DNA of 63,562 nucleotides, the filler included, from Lenisia limosa (lineage: Eukaryota > Protista > Breviatea): assembly GCA_001655205.1 (NCBI GenBank). It is 13 parts of 13 records of this genome, joined end to end, with 100 filler letters (N's around TTAATTAATTAA, not from the genome) between each part and the next. Parts side by side here need not be neighbours in the genome. Positions count along the whole stretch, not along the records: positions 38,033 to 39,160 come from LPNZ01002500.1; positions 39,261 to 41,742 come from LPNZ01007362.1; positions 41,843 to 43,381 come from LPNZ01005406.1; positions 43,482 to 50,634 come from LPNZ01010689.1; positions 50,735 to 53,503 come from LPNZ01002056.1; 8 more parts are not named here. One strand, 5' to 3'. The position numbers and the translations under genes are program-made. Positions within the stretch are counted from its first letter, which is position 1. Each line of letters opens with the position of its first letter. Positions 39,006-50,969 of the stretch are shown one piece after another. The notes under the pieces were generated by a model. It worked only from the letters and a program-made list of their open reading frames with translations, was not told the origin of the DNA and ran no database searches.

Positions 39006-39449
39006 GTGGGTAAGGTCGAACAAGCGATGAACGTTGATTAGTTTTTCAAGTTAAGTAAAGGTTGAAGGAGCCATGAAGGGACAGTCGTAAATAACAATGA
39101 GAAACAAACAATAATAATAAAAAAAAAAAACAAGGTTGTATTTGGCCAAAGCCGTCCACANNNNNNNNNNNNNNNNNNNNNNNNNNNNNNNNNNNNNNNN
39201 NNNNTTAATTAATTAANNNNNNNNNNNNNNNNNNNNNNNNNNNNNNNNNNNNNNNNNNNNAAAAAAAAAAAAAAAAAGAAATAAGAAACAAAAGCAACAA
39301 GTCACAACGGAAAACGTGCGACTGGGGGAGGGGGGCTAAAAATGGAAAATTTATGAAACAAAACTACGGAATAACAGATTGAAGAGATACAGTTGAAGAA
39401 TCAAACACTAAAAGCCGTCTTAGAATCAAAGGATCTTATTTGCTCATTA

Positions 39450-40111
39450 CTGTTTTTATGACTTAGGTTTTCTTAGGTTTTCGTCTAGGTTTTGTTCTTG
39501 AGGACGTTGGAATCTTTGCAGCCAGGTACGGCTTGGGCTGTCGTTTAGACTCAGTCTCAAACGCCCCTCAAGGATGAAACTATATCTTGTCTGGCAGCAA
39601 GTCCGTGTTCTGCCAGAAGTCAATGCGGAACGAGATTGGGGGTTTTGTGGACTTATGATGGACTGTTATTATCATTTCCAGAAATGGTTTTCCTGTAACG
39701 AGATACGTGCTGGACACTCTACACTTCCTTCTCAGAAAAACTGATCAGGACCAGCGCCCTTGACCACATCCTCAAGACGCAGGGCTACACGGAGGTGACT
39801 CGAAACGACGCCTACGCGGTCCTCAGCGGGTGCGTCCCAGGCGGGACGGGCAAAGTCTAAAGTGTTCAAGATTGTGACCAGCGGCACAGCCGAGGCGCTG
39901 GTCGCCAACTTTCCGGGCGCCGACCGCAGAGGTCTACCACTGCCACCACACCGCCGCGTATCTCGTCAACAGCGACCTCAGCACGGACCCGTCCACGCAC
40001 GCGTCCCTGGTCATGCTCAAGAAGACCGCCCTCGGAGAGACCCAGCCCCAAGGACGACAGGCCGGCTGGAGGGGCCTTCTCCCGTCGGTCGTCACCAAGC
40101 CCCCCCCCCCC
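39450..40111. pseudogene. Degenerate intronless coding-like segment with a GC-rich part, of unknown origin
   Basis: + frame LIRTSALDHILKTQGYTEVTRNDAYAVLSG...KV* VFKIVTSGTAEALVANFPG, frameshift to EVYHCHHTAAYLVNSDLSTDPSTHASLVMLKK; visibly more GC-rich than its flanks. Confidence 0.3.
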
Positions 40112-41133
40112 NNNNNNNNNNNNNNNNNNNNNNNNNNNNNNNNNNNNNNNNNNNNNNNNNNNNNNNNNNNNNNNNNNNNNNNNNNNNNNNNNNNNNNNNN
40201 NNNNNNNNNNNNNNNNNNNNNNNNNNNNNNNNNNNNAGATTTCTAATGTATATTATTTCTTTTGCACAAAAAAAAAAAAACCCTCAAGCCCTTGTCGGAC
40301 GAAGGTGTCGATACCTTTTCAGGGTATCAATTCGTCATCATCCACTGCGCGTAGTTACGTCCGAGTAATATGTGGCACATTAGTTGGTTGGAGCGTGTGA
40401 AACGAGAAAATGCCCCTCTGAAAAGAGTTTGCATGTCCCCGGTTTTGAAATCTCTATTGCGCAATGGTGAAAACCTACACTTGGTTTTCACATATCATTT
40501 CATATTATTAAGTAATCTACGAAGCTCTGCCAATTGTCACTTGATTTTTTTGACCAAAAAATGTGAACATATTTAAGAGTTGGAAAGGGAATGAAACAAC
40601 TTTTGTGTAGAGTTCTTGACGAGTCAGTTTTTTGGAAGCCAAAGGTTGGGTTTATCATTAAATCATAACACAAAAAGGGATAGTAGATATGGTGAGAAGA
40701 TCACATAAAGAAGCTATGAGAAAGAGAGAGAGCGAAAGGGGCGTGGCGGAAACCCCATATTCTCAATAATTAAGGGATAGAAGTTTGTAAAGAAAAGAGA
40801 AGACTGAAGAATTCTTTTATGATAGAGGCAAATTCAATATAAATTAACAGTACTACTCCGAAAAAAAAACACACAAAAAAAACCCCAAAAAAAGAAAATC
40901 GATTTTTAAATGTGTATCTTGCTTCCATAAAAGATGATACTATACTATAAAGGGAAAATATGTTAGTGGTATCCGTATGCTGGGGAGGCACGCATAAAAC
41001 TATATACAGAGATGTGGCAAAGGATTGGATGAATTAATATTGTATCAATATATAAATAAATATATAATCGATATATTATATCATAGAGATACGAAATAGT
41101 TTTCATATCAGCTCAAAACAACCCAGTTCGCAC

Positions 41134-41742
41134 CTTTTTGGTTTGATCCGCCCCCTGAGTTTCAAGTTCGGACTTTTGGGCTAACGCGCTTCTTTCGTAG
41201 AGAATAGCCTGGGGGGGGGGGGGNNNNNNNNNNNNNNNNNNNNNNNNNNNNNNNNNNNNNNNNNNNNNNNNNNNNNNNNNNNNNNNNNNNNNNNNNNNNN
41301 NNNNNNNNATTGGTGACATATGTACAGTGACCGGGATAAGTTTTGACCGACTTATAAATCACAAAGCAAATCAGTCAAGCCCCGGTCACAGTTTACATAA
41401 TATGTCCCAGAATAAACTATACAAGGAAACATATAATATGTATATTTGTTAAAACAAAACAAAACAAAATTAATAATAATAATAATAAACAAAAATCACC
41501 CCCCCCTCTACCTGGAGTGGGGTGAGTGAGCAAGGGTAATCCTGAATGATCTTGGGGGGTAGGTCGGCTAAAACGTCCTCCTTCATTCGACGTAAAACAA
41601 AGGGTAGAACCTGGGATGGAAGTAAATAAAGGTAGAATTTGGGATTATCTGAATAATAGTATATTATATCAGATCTAATATGATAGGATTAATACACCCC
41701 CCACCTGTCGATGAAGCGCCTCCATCGCCACCACTCCTTTCT
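41134..41742 (-). CDS. BTAF1: BTAF1/MOT1 SNF2-family ATPase, internal exons
   Basis: KGVVAMEALHRQ/VLPFVLRRMKEDVLADLPPKIIQDYPCSLTPLQ/AILYE. Confidence 0.88.
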
Positions 41743-43799
41743 NNNNNNNNNNNNNNNNNNNNNNNNNNNNNNNNNNNNNNNNNNNNTTAATTAATTAANN
41801 NNNNNNNNNNNNNNNNNNNNNNNNNNNNNNNNNNNNNNNNNNTTTGGTGCATTTAAGCCAAAAAAATTAGAGAAAATAATAATTTACGGAAATACGGATA
41901 ATACCTCTCGAACGTTGGATAATACACAATCATTTCAAACCTTATTGCCTGAGAGATATAATTGTTGCAAATTACAGGATTTTATTAATCCATTGTCAAC
42001 CTTTGTAAACAAATTGTAGCTCTGAAATGTCATTTGGTCAATATATTGATATGATATCAAACACTTACAATATCATATAGTATACATATAGCATTTGGAA
42101 AAAATAATAAAAGTGTGGTGAGTAATTAAAATGAGCATTCGGGAAAATTCCGCAGGTTGGTTTTTCGCCCAAAAAAAATGGGTGAAAATTGCCTGAAATA
42201 TACCTAACCGAGGCTATATGAGACCAATACTACAATATATCATCAATGTGTAGGTGTTAGTTTTGCGTAGTCACTTAATTATTCAAATTCCTCAAATATT
42301 GTGATTAAACCTCAAAAAGGTGAAAAATGAGAAGCCCCAAAACGTCTAAAATTGGAACAACATCGAAAAGTCGGGAAAATGGGCATTTTTACGTGTATCA
42401 GAAGCTGTTTCATACGAAAAATTACCCTGCAGAATTATTCCGAAGGGTCTTTGTAATTACTTACCACACTTTTATTACTATTTTCCAAAATAAAAAAAAA
42501 GACTGAACCACCTTAAGTGAATGTTGGTTCAAAACCAAATTAAGTACCTAAGTTTATAGACGAAATACTGTAAAAAACACAATTACTTACAGTGCAATGA
42601 TAAATGTAATGATTTTGCTGATATTTTGGTTATACTGAAATTCAAGAACTGCGAGCAGAGTTGCAAAGCAGGAGTGGTGGTTTTTGTTTAACGGTATGGG
42701 GGAGCTGTATTATATCTTTCAGGCTCTTCGAATGTCTTAACAAAGGGGGTGAGACCTGATCAGGTCAGCTTAGAAGAAGATCATCAAGGTATCGTCCGAA
42801 AAAAACTGTGATTCCTCATCATTTATTTCGTTAGGAGTGCCTATATCTGAGCCTGCCTGAACGGGTGAGGAGAGGAGCTTAAGTAAGTGAAAGCAGCAGG
42901 ATCGAAATTTTTTGATTCATTTTTTGACCTCGTTGGGGGAGTCCACTTGTGCAATATATCCATCCACTATTAAAAGCGCCGCAAGTATCTTAAACATTTT
43001 CAACCCTCGCGTGTTTCTCAAAATGTAGCCATTTTGACTGAAATTACCAACAAAGGATATTCGAGAATTTTGGTAGTTCAGTCAAAATGTCAGGCTTCAT
43101 ATCTGGAGCCTACTAACGCCATTTTAAAATCTGATTCGACCATTTTAAGGGTTTTGGGGATCTGACTTTCTGTTTCTAACGTCATTATACGTTTTAAAGG
43201 GCTGTCAGAAGAGAAAAGGCTGTTTTTTAGACTTTCATAGCCCTATTTTCCTAATTAGGCAAGTAAGGAACTTTCTGGAACTTTCGGGGTCCGAATCACA
43301 AAAGTTATGAAACTTCCACAAAATTCCAAATTTGAGAACATCCCACAATAACAAAAAGAGCAAGATTTTTGAACTGATTATNNNNNNNNNNNNNNNNNNN
43401 NNNNNNNNNNNNNNNNNNNNNNNNNTTAATTAATTAANNNNNNNNNNNNNNNNNNNNNNNNNNNNNNNNNNNNNNNNNNNNAAGTGGAAATACAGTCTTA
43501 AGTCTTTTAAAAATGTGTTCATTTCTCATTTTTACAATAATGTCAAAAGTGCAGTTAGAATTTGTGACCAAAAAAGGGTTTTTTTCGTGCGTTTTCAGAA
43601 AATTCTTAAATTAAACCGTGAATTGATGAAAAAAATAATTCTAAAGTTGAAAATCATAAAACGAGGAATATAAGCTCAATGACGCTGCTTTTAATATTTA
43701 AAATGGTTGTACCACACTCTGAAACCAAAAACAAACTTTCTCCCAAAATATAACCATTTGACTGTATATCAAAGCAAACCTTGTTCAGAAGGGGTTTTT

Positions 43800-46700
43800 T
43801 TTAGCTCAGAGCATCCTCCTTCTCATCAGCAACACACTCATCCTGACACAATTTATTTCTTTAATCACGAATTGCTCTCAGTCTTTTTCATTTCCCTCAA
43901 GTTCACACCCCCGTCTCTCTTTTTTTATTTAATTTCGATCAGTGTGTGAGGAGCAGATTGTGCAGATGGAAATTGCGGCAGAAAAAGGTGAATCAGCATT
44001 CCAATGGAAGGGAGTTTCGGTAAGGGGGGGGGGGGNNNNNNNNNNNNNNNNNNNNNNNNNNNNNNNNNNNNNNNNNNNNNNNNNNNNNNNNNNNNNNNNN
44101 NNNNNNNNNNNNNNNNNNNNNNNNNNNNNNNNNNNNNNNNNNNNNNNNNNNNGTCTAATTTCATAGTATCAGTCACAATTTGATATAACTTCTCAATTTG
44201 ATGCTAATAACGCTTAGGACACATGTAAGGAAAGAAGCCTCTCCACCTCAAGCCTTCAAGTGAGGGACATTTGGTCATGAGATTATCATGTCTTTATCCA
44301 GCCATATTGGACTTCCCCCCTTCATATACACACCTCTATTATTTTCCCAATACAAGATTCTTATTTTACAGCATATTATTTAATAATGTACTAGTATACT
44401 CAATAGTTTCAAAAAAGCGTTTCTTTCTTTTGAATGAGTTATTATTGAAAATATAGAGCTGATTCAAACAGCTCATAAAAAGGGGTTTTTGGCGTTTGGA
44501 GAAAAAAAGTTGAAAGTTAAGTGTTATTTTTTTTATGAAATAATAAACGATTAATTGTTTCAACTGACCCCGTTTTTAACCAAGCCATTTAAAACCTTGA
44601 GAATTGTCAAATGTTTTACCAGAAAAGTTGTTTCTAATTTCATTGGTTTTTGTTATTGTTATGACGGCTTCAGCAAAATACAACCTTGTTTGTTTTTATT
44701 TCTCATTGCTATCTATGAGACAAAGTTGGTTCGGTTGAAACACTAATTCTCCCCAGTTTACTGCCGCCACATCGCCCACTCCCACCACCAGCTCCCCTGT
44801 CATCACCCCCTTCAACAGCTTCACTCCAGGGTAGGCTGGGGGGGGGGGTATCATTGTGTAGTAAATATCATAGAGGCAGCAGAAAGCTGTGTGCACAGAG
44901 TTGTAAGGCAGATGATTGGGTGAATTAATATTATACTATATTTAATGTCTCTTACGAATGATGGTGTGTGTGGTCGGCTTCAGATGATCCAGCCCTATTT
45001 TTTTTTTTTTTTTTTTTTTTTTTNNNNNNNNNNNNNNNNNNNNNNNNNNNNNNNNNNNNNNNNNNNNNNNNNNNNNNNNNNNNNNGTCCGAAAAAGATCA
45101 TGAATATCGATATTATTAGGGCTTGACTTCGGTTCGAAAAAAGACTGAATTTATCAATAAATCCTCGAAAACTATCGATAGTTTACCGATCGTTTTCGAA
45201 CCGAAGTGAAGCCCTAGATATTATCGACATTATCATACCCTGAGTACAGGTGAAGGGAGTTGAACTTATCAATAGAAATGCGAAATAAAACAAGGTTGGA
45301 TCTGGATATAACCGTCACGCTTATAAGAGATATTGGATTTGTTCCTTCTCCATTTGCCACTTATTTCTCACCCCCAGCTCCCACACCACTACTCCCCACT
45401 ATCTTGCAACCCACGAAAAGAGCTCCCCCGCCGCCGACCGTCTGCTTGCCGCATTTGTTCCCGATCCGGGGCAGTCGCCTTATGTCCCCCCGCAAAGCAA
45501 AAATGTGGGCTTGTCGGGGGGGGGGGGGGGGNNNNNNNNNNNNNNNNNNNNNNNNNNNNNNNNNNNNNNNNNNNNNNNNNNNNNNNNNNNNNNNNNNNNN
45601 NNNNNNNNNNNNNNNGCCTCGGCAAGAAAGTTCGCGACTTTTGTTCGTCAATCCCCCTTATAACTTCTTTTCTTGAAACAAAGGTGTGGAACTTTTTCGG
45701 GTCCAACGTTCCCAACCCCCACGGCAAAATGCCAGGGGTGTTTTGTCAGTTCATAATGAAAGAATAGGAATGCATTAAGAAGCCCGCGATTCAATTCGAG
45801 ATGTGTCATTACGTGATTTTAGACCGAGAGAAAGCGTGTCTGATGGTTATTGAGGATTTGTCGAGAAGCTTAGTTTTTTCGGACCAAATTCAAACTCTTT
45901 TCTTTTGTTGTATTCTAGAATAAGATAATATCTCAGGCTCAGTGCAATTAATTTTTTAACGACATTAATTGACAAAATCATTTACAAAATGTCGCACTTC
46001 AAATTAATTAATTGCATGGAGCCCTAATAATATCCCATTCTCACCCCCCAGGTATTTATTGACGACAACGGGTCAGTTCCGATTTTAGATCTGGATCGAG
46101 AGTTTGCAGACCGGCTCGGCAAGAACCCGGATGAATTAGCCTCTGCAACTTCCGAGGCCAAGATTGATAACGTCAGCGTGGGGATGAGGTTTTGACATTT
46201 TGCATTGAAACTAATAGTATTTTGAAAGTGTTTTTTTTTCTCTCGTTTTTATCATTCCCTCCCACTCTCCCGCCGCCTAATAAGTTCGCATTTTCCAACA
46301 CATAACTTGGCCTCGGTTCTGTTAGTTGTGTTGTTATCAACCCTCTTGTGTAATCAGCCAACAGAGTTAATTTTATGCTTTTTTGTTTCATAAATTTTCC
46401 AATTTTACTCCCCCCCCCCCCCCNNNNNNNNNNNNNNNNNNNNNNNNNNNNNNNNNNNNNNNNNNNNNNNNNNNNNNNNNNNNNNNNNNNNNNNNNNNNN
46501 NNNNNNNNNNNNNNNNNNNNNNNNNNNNNNNNNNNNNNNNNNNNNNNNNNNNNNNNNNNNNNNNNNNTGGTCGGCTTCGGCCAGATACAACCTATTTTAT
46601 TTCCCCATCTCTACATAAGGGGAAAATGAACGGATCCCGGATTCTGTCGGTAGATTGACCAATTCAAGCGCCTTCCCATTTGTAACTTCACTTCCAATCG

Positions 46701-49700
46701 CAAAGCAACGTGTTCCCACCTAAGGGCTTCACTTCGGTTCGAAAAAGATCGGTAAAATATCGATAGTTGTCGAGGATTTATCGAGTAATTCAGTCTTTTT
46801 TCGAACCGAAGTGAAACTCTATTCCCACCCCCCTTCATCACACCACTTTTTTTTTCTTTTCCTTTTCACCCCCCCTTTTTACCCCTCCAGCCTCAACACT
46901 CCTCCGACAACATCGACAGTGAAAACTTCGACCCTCTCTCAGAACCCATGGATCTCCCACTTTCAGAACAGGTGAGATGGAGTATAAGAAAATACGGGGA
47001 ATTTCGGACAGTTTAATATGGAAGGGGAGAGGGATCTCCCTCTTTCAGAACAGCTGGATGGGGTTGGCCATGGAAGGGGAGAGGGAGTCATTATTTTTCA
47101 ATGCGGTGCTGCATAAGCGACTGGCCTAGGCTTTATTTGTTTTGTGTTTTCAACCCTTTGTGCTGCTGCATAGATGATTCTGTTTTACCATTAGTATTCC
47201 ATTTTTACAATGTAGTATTAGAGTAATTCACTCACAAATACAAAGTTGATTTTGGGATTATATTTCATTTTCCCATTCTTACTCCCACCCCCCCTTCGCC
47301 AATATTCTTCATCGAAATTTCCTTCGTTTACCCCCCCTCCCCAGATGTCTGATGAGCATAATTCGGACTCTACTTCCGAGCCATTTGCCCCTACGGAACC
47401 CGAAGACGTCACAACCAACCAAGAAGGTAGGCATCAGTCTATCATTATTATTATGGACAATAGTCCGCACTCGAAGTAAAAATATCATTAAATTTGATAT
47501 GACCAAGAAGGTAGGGATAATCATGAAGCATTATCAACCCTCGTGTGTTGACAGCCAACAGAGTGATTTGTGTTTTTGTTTGTTTCATACGTTTTCCAAT
47601 TTTACTCCCCCCGCAGAAGTGGAGACAGATGACCGTTCTCTTCCTTCTTCGTCCATAGTCGAATCGGGTCCTATTGAAGTGGCTTCAAGCATCACTATGA
47701 GTCCCTGTTGGGAGGGGCGGGGTATTACTGGTTCTTGTGTGTGTGTGTAGGGTATTATTAGACATTGTGGGGAGGGGGGTATTCTTCATCGAAGTAAGAG
47801 AAGGAGAGTACTCAGAATCTTCGGTGTTCTATTGGACATTGTATGCTACTAAAATGACCACAAAATGTCGCAATTACTAACAAATCATAAACCGATTCAT
47901 ATCGCAGAAAGCTGCGTGCACAAAGTTGTAAGGCAAATGATTGGTTGAATTAATATTATACTATAGTCCAATATCTCTTAAAAGCGTGATGGTATGGCCG
48001 CCGGTTCTGACCTTTCAGTACTTGCTCCATCCGCATCTCCACACTCGTTCGAAGCTACAAAGAACCCCTTGCAACACAAGCCACTGTTTACTGAGTCTAC
48101 AGGAAGCTTTGTTGCTAACGATCCTGCAATAGGTGGGAGAGGGACATTTACTCTCCCCTCATGCAAACGGCCTTTTAGCTATCCTTATGAGGATCAAGGG
48201 GTGGCCCATATTGGCCCGGGGTACCAGTACTCAGTGTACCATTTACTGCATATTCTCAAATTAGTGTATTTCACCTGTTACGTGGATAGTATCTTACCAA
48301 AGATAAAATCATAAAAAAGTTGTTCTAGTATTGTTATTTACCTGCTTCAGCCTCGGTAGTACGACAGTCCTCGGCATCTTCACTTCTTTTCAACCCCTCG
48401 CAAAGGTGGTGGTGGTTATGTGTTGTCTATAAGGCTTCACTTCGGTTCATAAAAAGACTGAATTTTTCGATAAATCCTCGGAAACTATCGATGTTTGATC
48501 ACTATTTTTCGAACCGAAGTGAAGCCCTAGTTGTCTGCCTTCAATGCAACATCAAAATGCCACATATTGTCCCTTTTAACGAGCGTGGACGTCTTTGGCC
48601 ATGCAATCTGGCCTGGGCTTTTTTTTTTTGTTGTTGTTATTACCCCTCGTGTGTTATCAGCCAACAGAGATGATTTAGGCTTTTTTTGTTTCACAAATTT
48701 TCCACGCAGGAAGCTGTGTGCACAGAGTTGTCAGGCAAATGATTGGGTGAATTAATATTATTCTATAATCCAGTATCTCTTATAAGCGTTGGTGTGTGAC
48801 GGCTTGAGCCAGATACAACCTTGTTTTTTTGCCCATCTCTAGATATTTGTCACCCCCCCCCCCCAGTGTGCCCGTGATGTCAAGCTACCTTGGGTCCGGA
48901 GCAATGGAGGCCCTCCAAGCCGATAATTCATCCGATACCTCCGACAGTTCCGACGATGACGATGACAATGATGATGATAATGCTGACGACCATTCCCCTT
49001 GTTCAGGCGTTGTATNNNNNNNNNNNNNNNNNNNNNNNNNNNNNNNNNNNNNNNNNNNNNNNNNNNNNNNNNNNNNNNNNNNNNNNNNNNNNNNNNNNNN
49101 NNNNNNNNNNNNNNNNNNNNNNNNNNNNNNNNNNNNNNNNNNNNNNNNNNNNNNNNNNNNNNNNNNNNNNNNNNNNNNNNNNNNNTTATTATCCAATATC
49201 TCTTATTAGCGTGATTATTCATTCTTTATTTCTCATTGCTATAAAATATGATATATCATATCATATGCTTATTAGGGCTTTACTACGGTCCTAAAAAGAC
49301 CCGTAAATTTAGGATATTTATTGAGAAATTCGGTCTTTTTTTGGGGACCATTGGGAAGCCGTAATTATCATGGTCCGCAGCTGTGTGTAAGGCGGCTTCA
49401 CTTCGGCTCGAATAAGACCGTAAAAATCGATAGTTTTCGAGGATTTATCGAGACATTCTGTCTTTTTTTCGAACCGAAGTGAAGCCCTATGTGNNNNNNN
49501 NNNNNNNNNNNNNNNNNNNNNNNNNNNNNNNNNNNNNNNNNNNNNNNNNNNNNNNNNNNNNNNNNNNNNNNNNNNNNNNNNNNNNNNNNNNNNNNNNNNN
49601 NNNNNNNNNNNNNNNNNNNNNNNNNNNNNNNNNNNNNNTCCCGTCCCGGGTCTGCCCACAAGCCGCCGCGACCGCCTTCTTCTGGCCTTTCAAGAAAGGC

Positions 49701-50591
49701 GGAATCGTTCCAGTCGCCGCCGTCACCCCATGCTACTGCTCAGGTATCGATGATGCTAGTGATGATGATGGTGATGATGGTGGTGATGAAGATGATGCTG
49801 GTGATATGATGATGATGGTGATGAAGATGATGCTGGTGATATGATAATGATGGTGATGAAGATGATCCTGGTGATATGATGATGATGGTGATATGATGAT
49901 GATGGTGATGAAGATTATCCTGGTGATATGATGATGGTGGTGATGAAGATGATCCTGGTGATATGAGGGGAGTTTATCCCTTATTGTTCCCCATTTCAAT
50001 GACTCCCTAGAGCTTCATCCCCGTTTTTTTTTTTTCTGTTATAAGTAACCTCCCAGTTTTCCTCAGGCTCATCCTATGGTACGCCGCCGGCTCCCCAATC
50101 GCTCGATGCAGTGGTTAAGAGCCTTGATGGCGCCAGGCCTCGGCGCGAAAGCTTCCATGTTGTTCAGGGGTACGGGGGAAGGGGGAAGTTTTCGCATATG
50201 CTAATATCAAATGTATTTTATTCAGGGGTGCGGGGGAAGTTTGTAGATACAGTGATCTGGAAGTCTTGACCTGTTTTCCTTGGGAAATCATATAGCAAAT
50301 CAATCAAGACTTATCCAGGTATGCATATGTATGTTGTTCAGGATATTTGGTTTGTGATGAGTACCCTTATGCTAGTTTTCTTGGTCGAAATCCCCTTGAT
50401 TTCATCCAGAGTTGATTTTGGGCTTTTTTTTTGTTTCATACATTTTCCAACTTTACCCTCCAGGCCAGCCTCAGTCAACTCAATAGGCTCGCAAGACCTC
50501 GATGTAGCCAGCGCACTGAAGGCGCAAAGCTGGGATCTGGACAGACAGAAGCGAGCAATGGACGTTTTCGACGCCTTTGAAGCTGCCTCAG
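43800..50591 (+). CDS. Long multi-exon hypothetical low-complexity (S/P/D-rich) protein with repeat-laden introns; may be more than one gene
   Basis: Exons such as VFIDDNGSVPILDLDREFADRLGKNPDELASATSEAKIDNVS, MSDEHNSDSTSEPFAPTEPEDVTTNQE, SRPGSAHKPPRPPSSGLSRKAESFQSPP, QDLDVASALKAQSWDLDRQKRAMDVFDAFEAAS. Confidence 0.5.
45117..45216. mobile_element. hAT-type MITE family 1, intact, 8-bp TSD GATATTAT
   Basis: TAGGGCTTGACTTCGGTTCGAAAA ... TTTTCGAACCGAAGTGAAGCCCTA flanked by GATATTAT on both sides. Confidence 0.92.
45933..46026. mobile_element. hAT-type MITE family 2, 8-bp TSD ATAATATC
   Basis: TCAGGCTCAGTGCAATTAATT ... AATTAATTGCATGGAGCCCTA flanked by ATAATATC on both sides. Confidence 0.85.
46721..46821. 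mobile_element. hAT-type MITE family 1, 8-bp TSD TTCCCACC
   Basis: TAAGGGCTTCACTTCGGTTCGAAAAA ... TTTTTCGAACCGAAGTGAAACTCTA with TTCCCACC on both flanks. Confidence 0.92.
48430..48529. mobile_element. hAT-type MITE family 1, TSD GTTGTCTA/GTTGTCTG
   Basis: TAAGGCTTCACTTCGGTTC ... TTTTCGAACCGAAGTGAAGCCCTA; 7/8 TSD match. Confidence 0.88.
48707..48825 (+). repeat. Intronic dispersed repeat, module B
   Basis: GCAG.AAGCTGTGTGCACAGAGTTGT.AGGCAAATGATTGGGTGAATTAATATTAT.CTATAAT.CAGTATCTCTTAT...GGCTT..GCCAGATACAACC; copies at 38378, 44878, 47905, 54295; partial copies at 13425, 16105, 18355, 39130, 46568. Confidence 0.85.
49273..49489. mobile_element. Two adjacent MITE family 1 copies (degenerate 49273-49363; better preserved 49393-49489)
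   Basis: GGCTTCACTTCGG ... CGAACCGAAGTGAAGCCCTA termini and shared core. Confidence 0.75.
49747..49965. repeat. GATGATGGTGATGAAGATGATGCTGGTGATAT-type tandem repeat in an intron
   Basis: Imperfect ~30-bp units built from GAT/GGT triplets. Confidence 0.85.
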
Positions 50592-50969
50592 GTGGGGGGA
50601 CTTTTTTTTTATTGGCTTTGGGCAACTTTTTTTTNNNNNNNNNNNNNNNNNNNNNNNNNNNNNNNNNNNNNNNNNNNNTTAATTAATTAANNNNNNNNNN
50701 NNNNNNNNNNNNNNNNNNNNNNNNNNNNNNNNNNTGCGTTCGCAGAGCGGACGGGATGCGCGATGACCCCCAGAGTATGACCGTAGCCGAAAGCCAAATC
50801 CCTTATTTCGTTCCCGATGCAAATTTTTTCCGAAATATTTCGCGTTAATGACGTACCTCACCCCACCACCTCACTAACCTCACCTTTGTCTTCCAACCTC
50901 ACCCTAACCACCCTACCAACGTTACCCCTTCTTTTCCTCAAACCTCCCTCATTCGATTTACAACAATTG

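Noticed and set aside
42760-42810. Minus-strand FFGRYLDDLLLS resembling a reverse-transcriptase YxDD motif
   Set aside because: Immediately followed by a stop, with no other RT motifs in frame; consistent with chance
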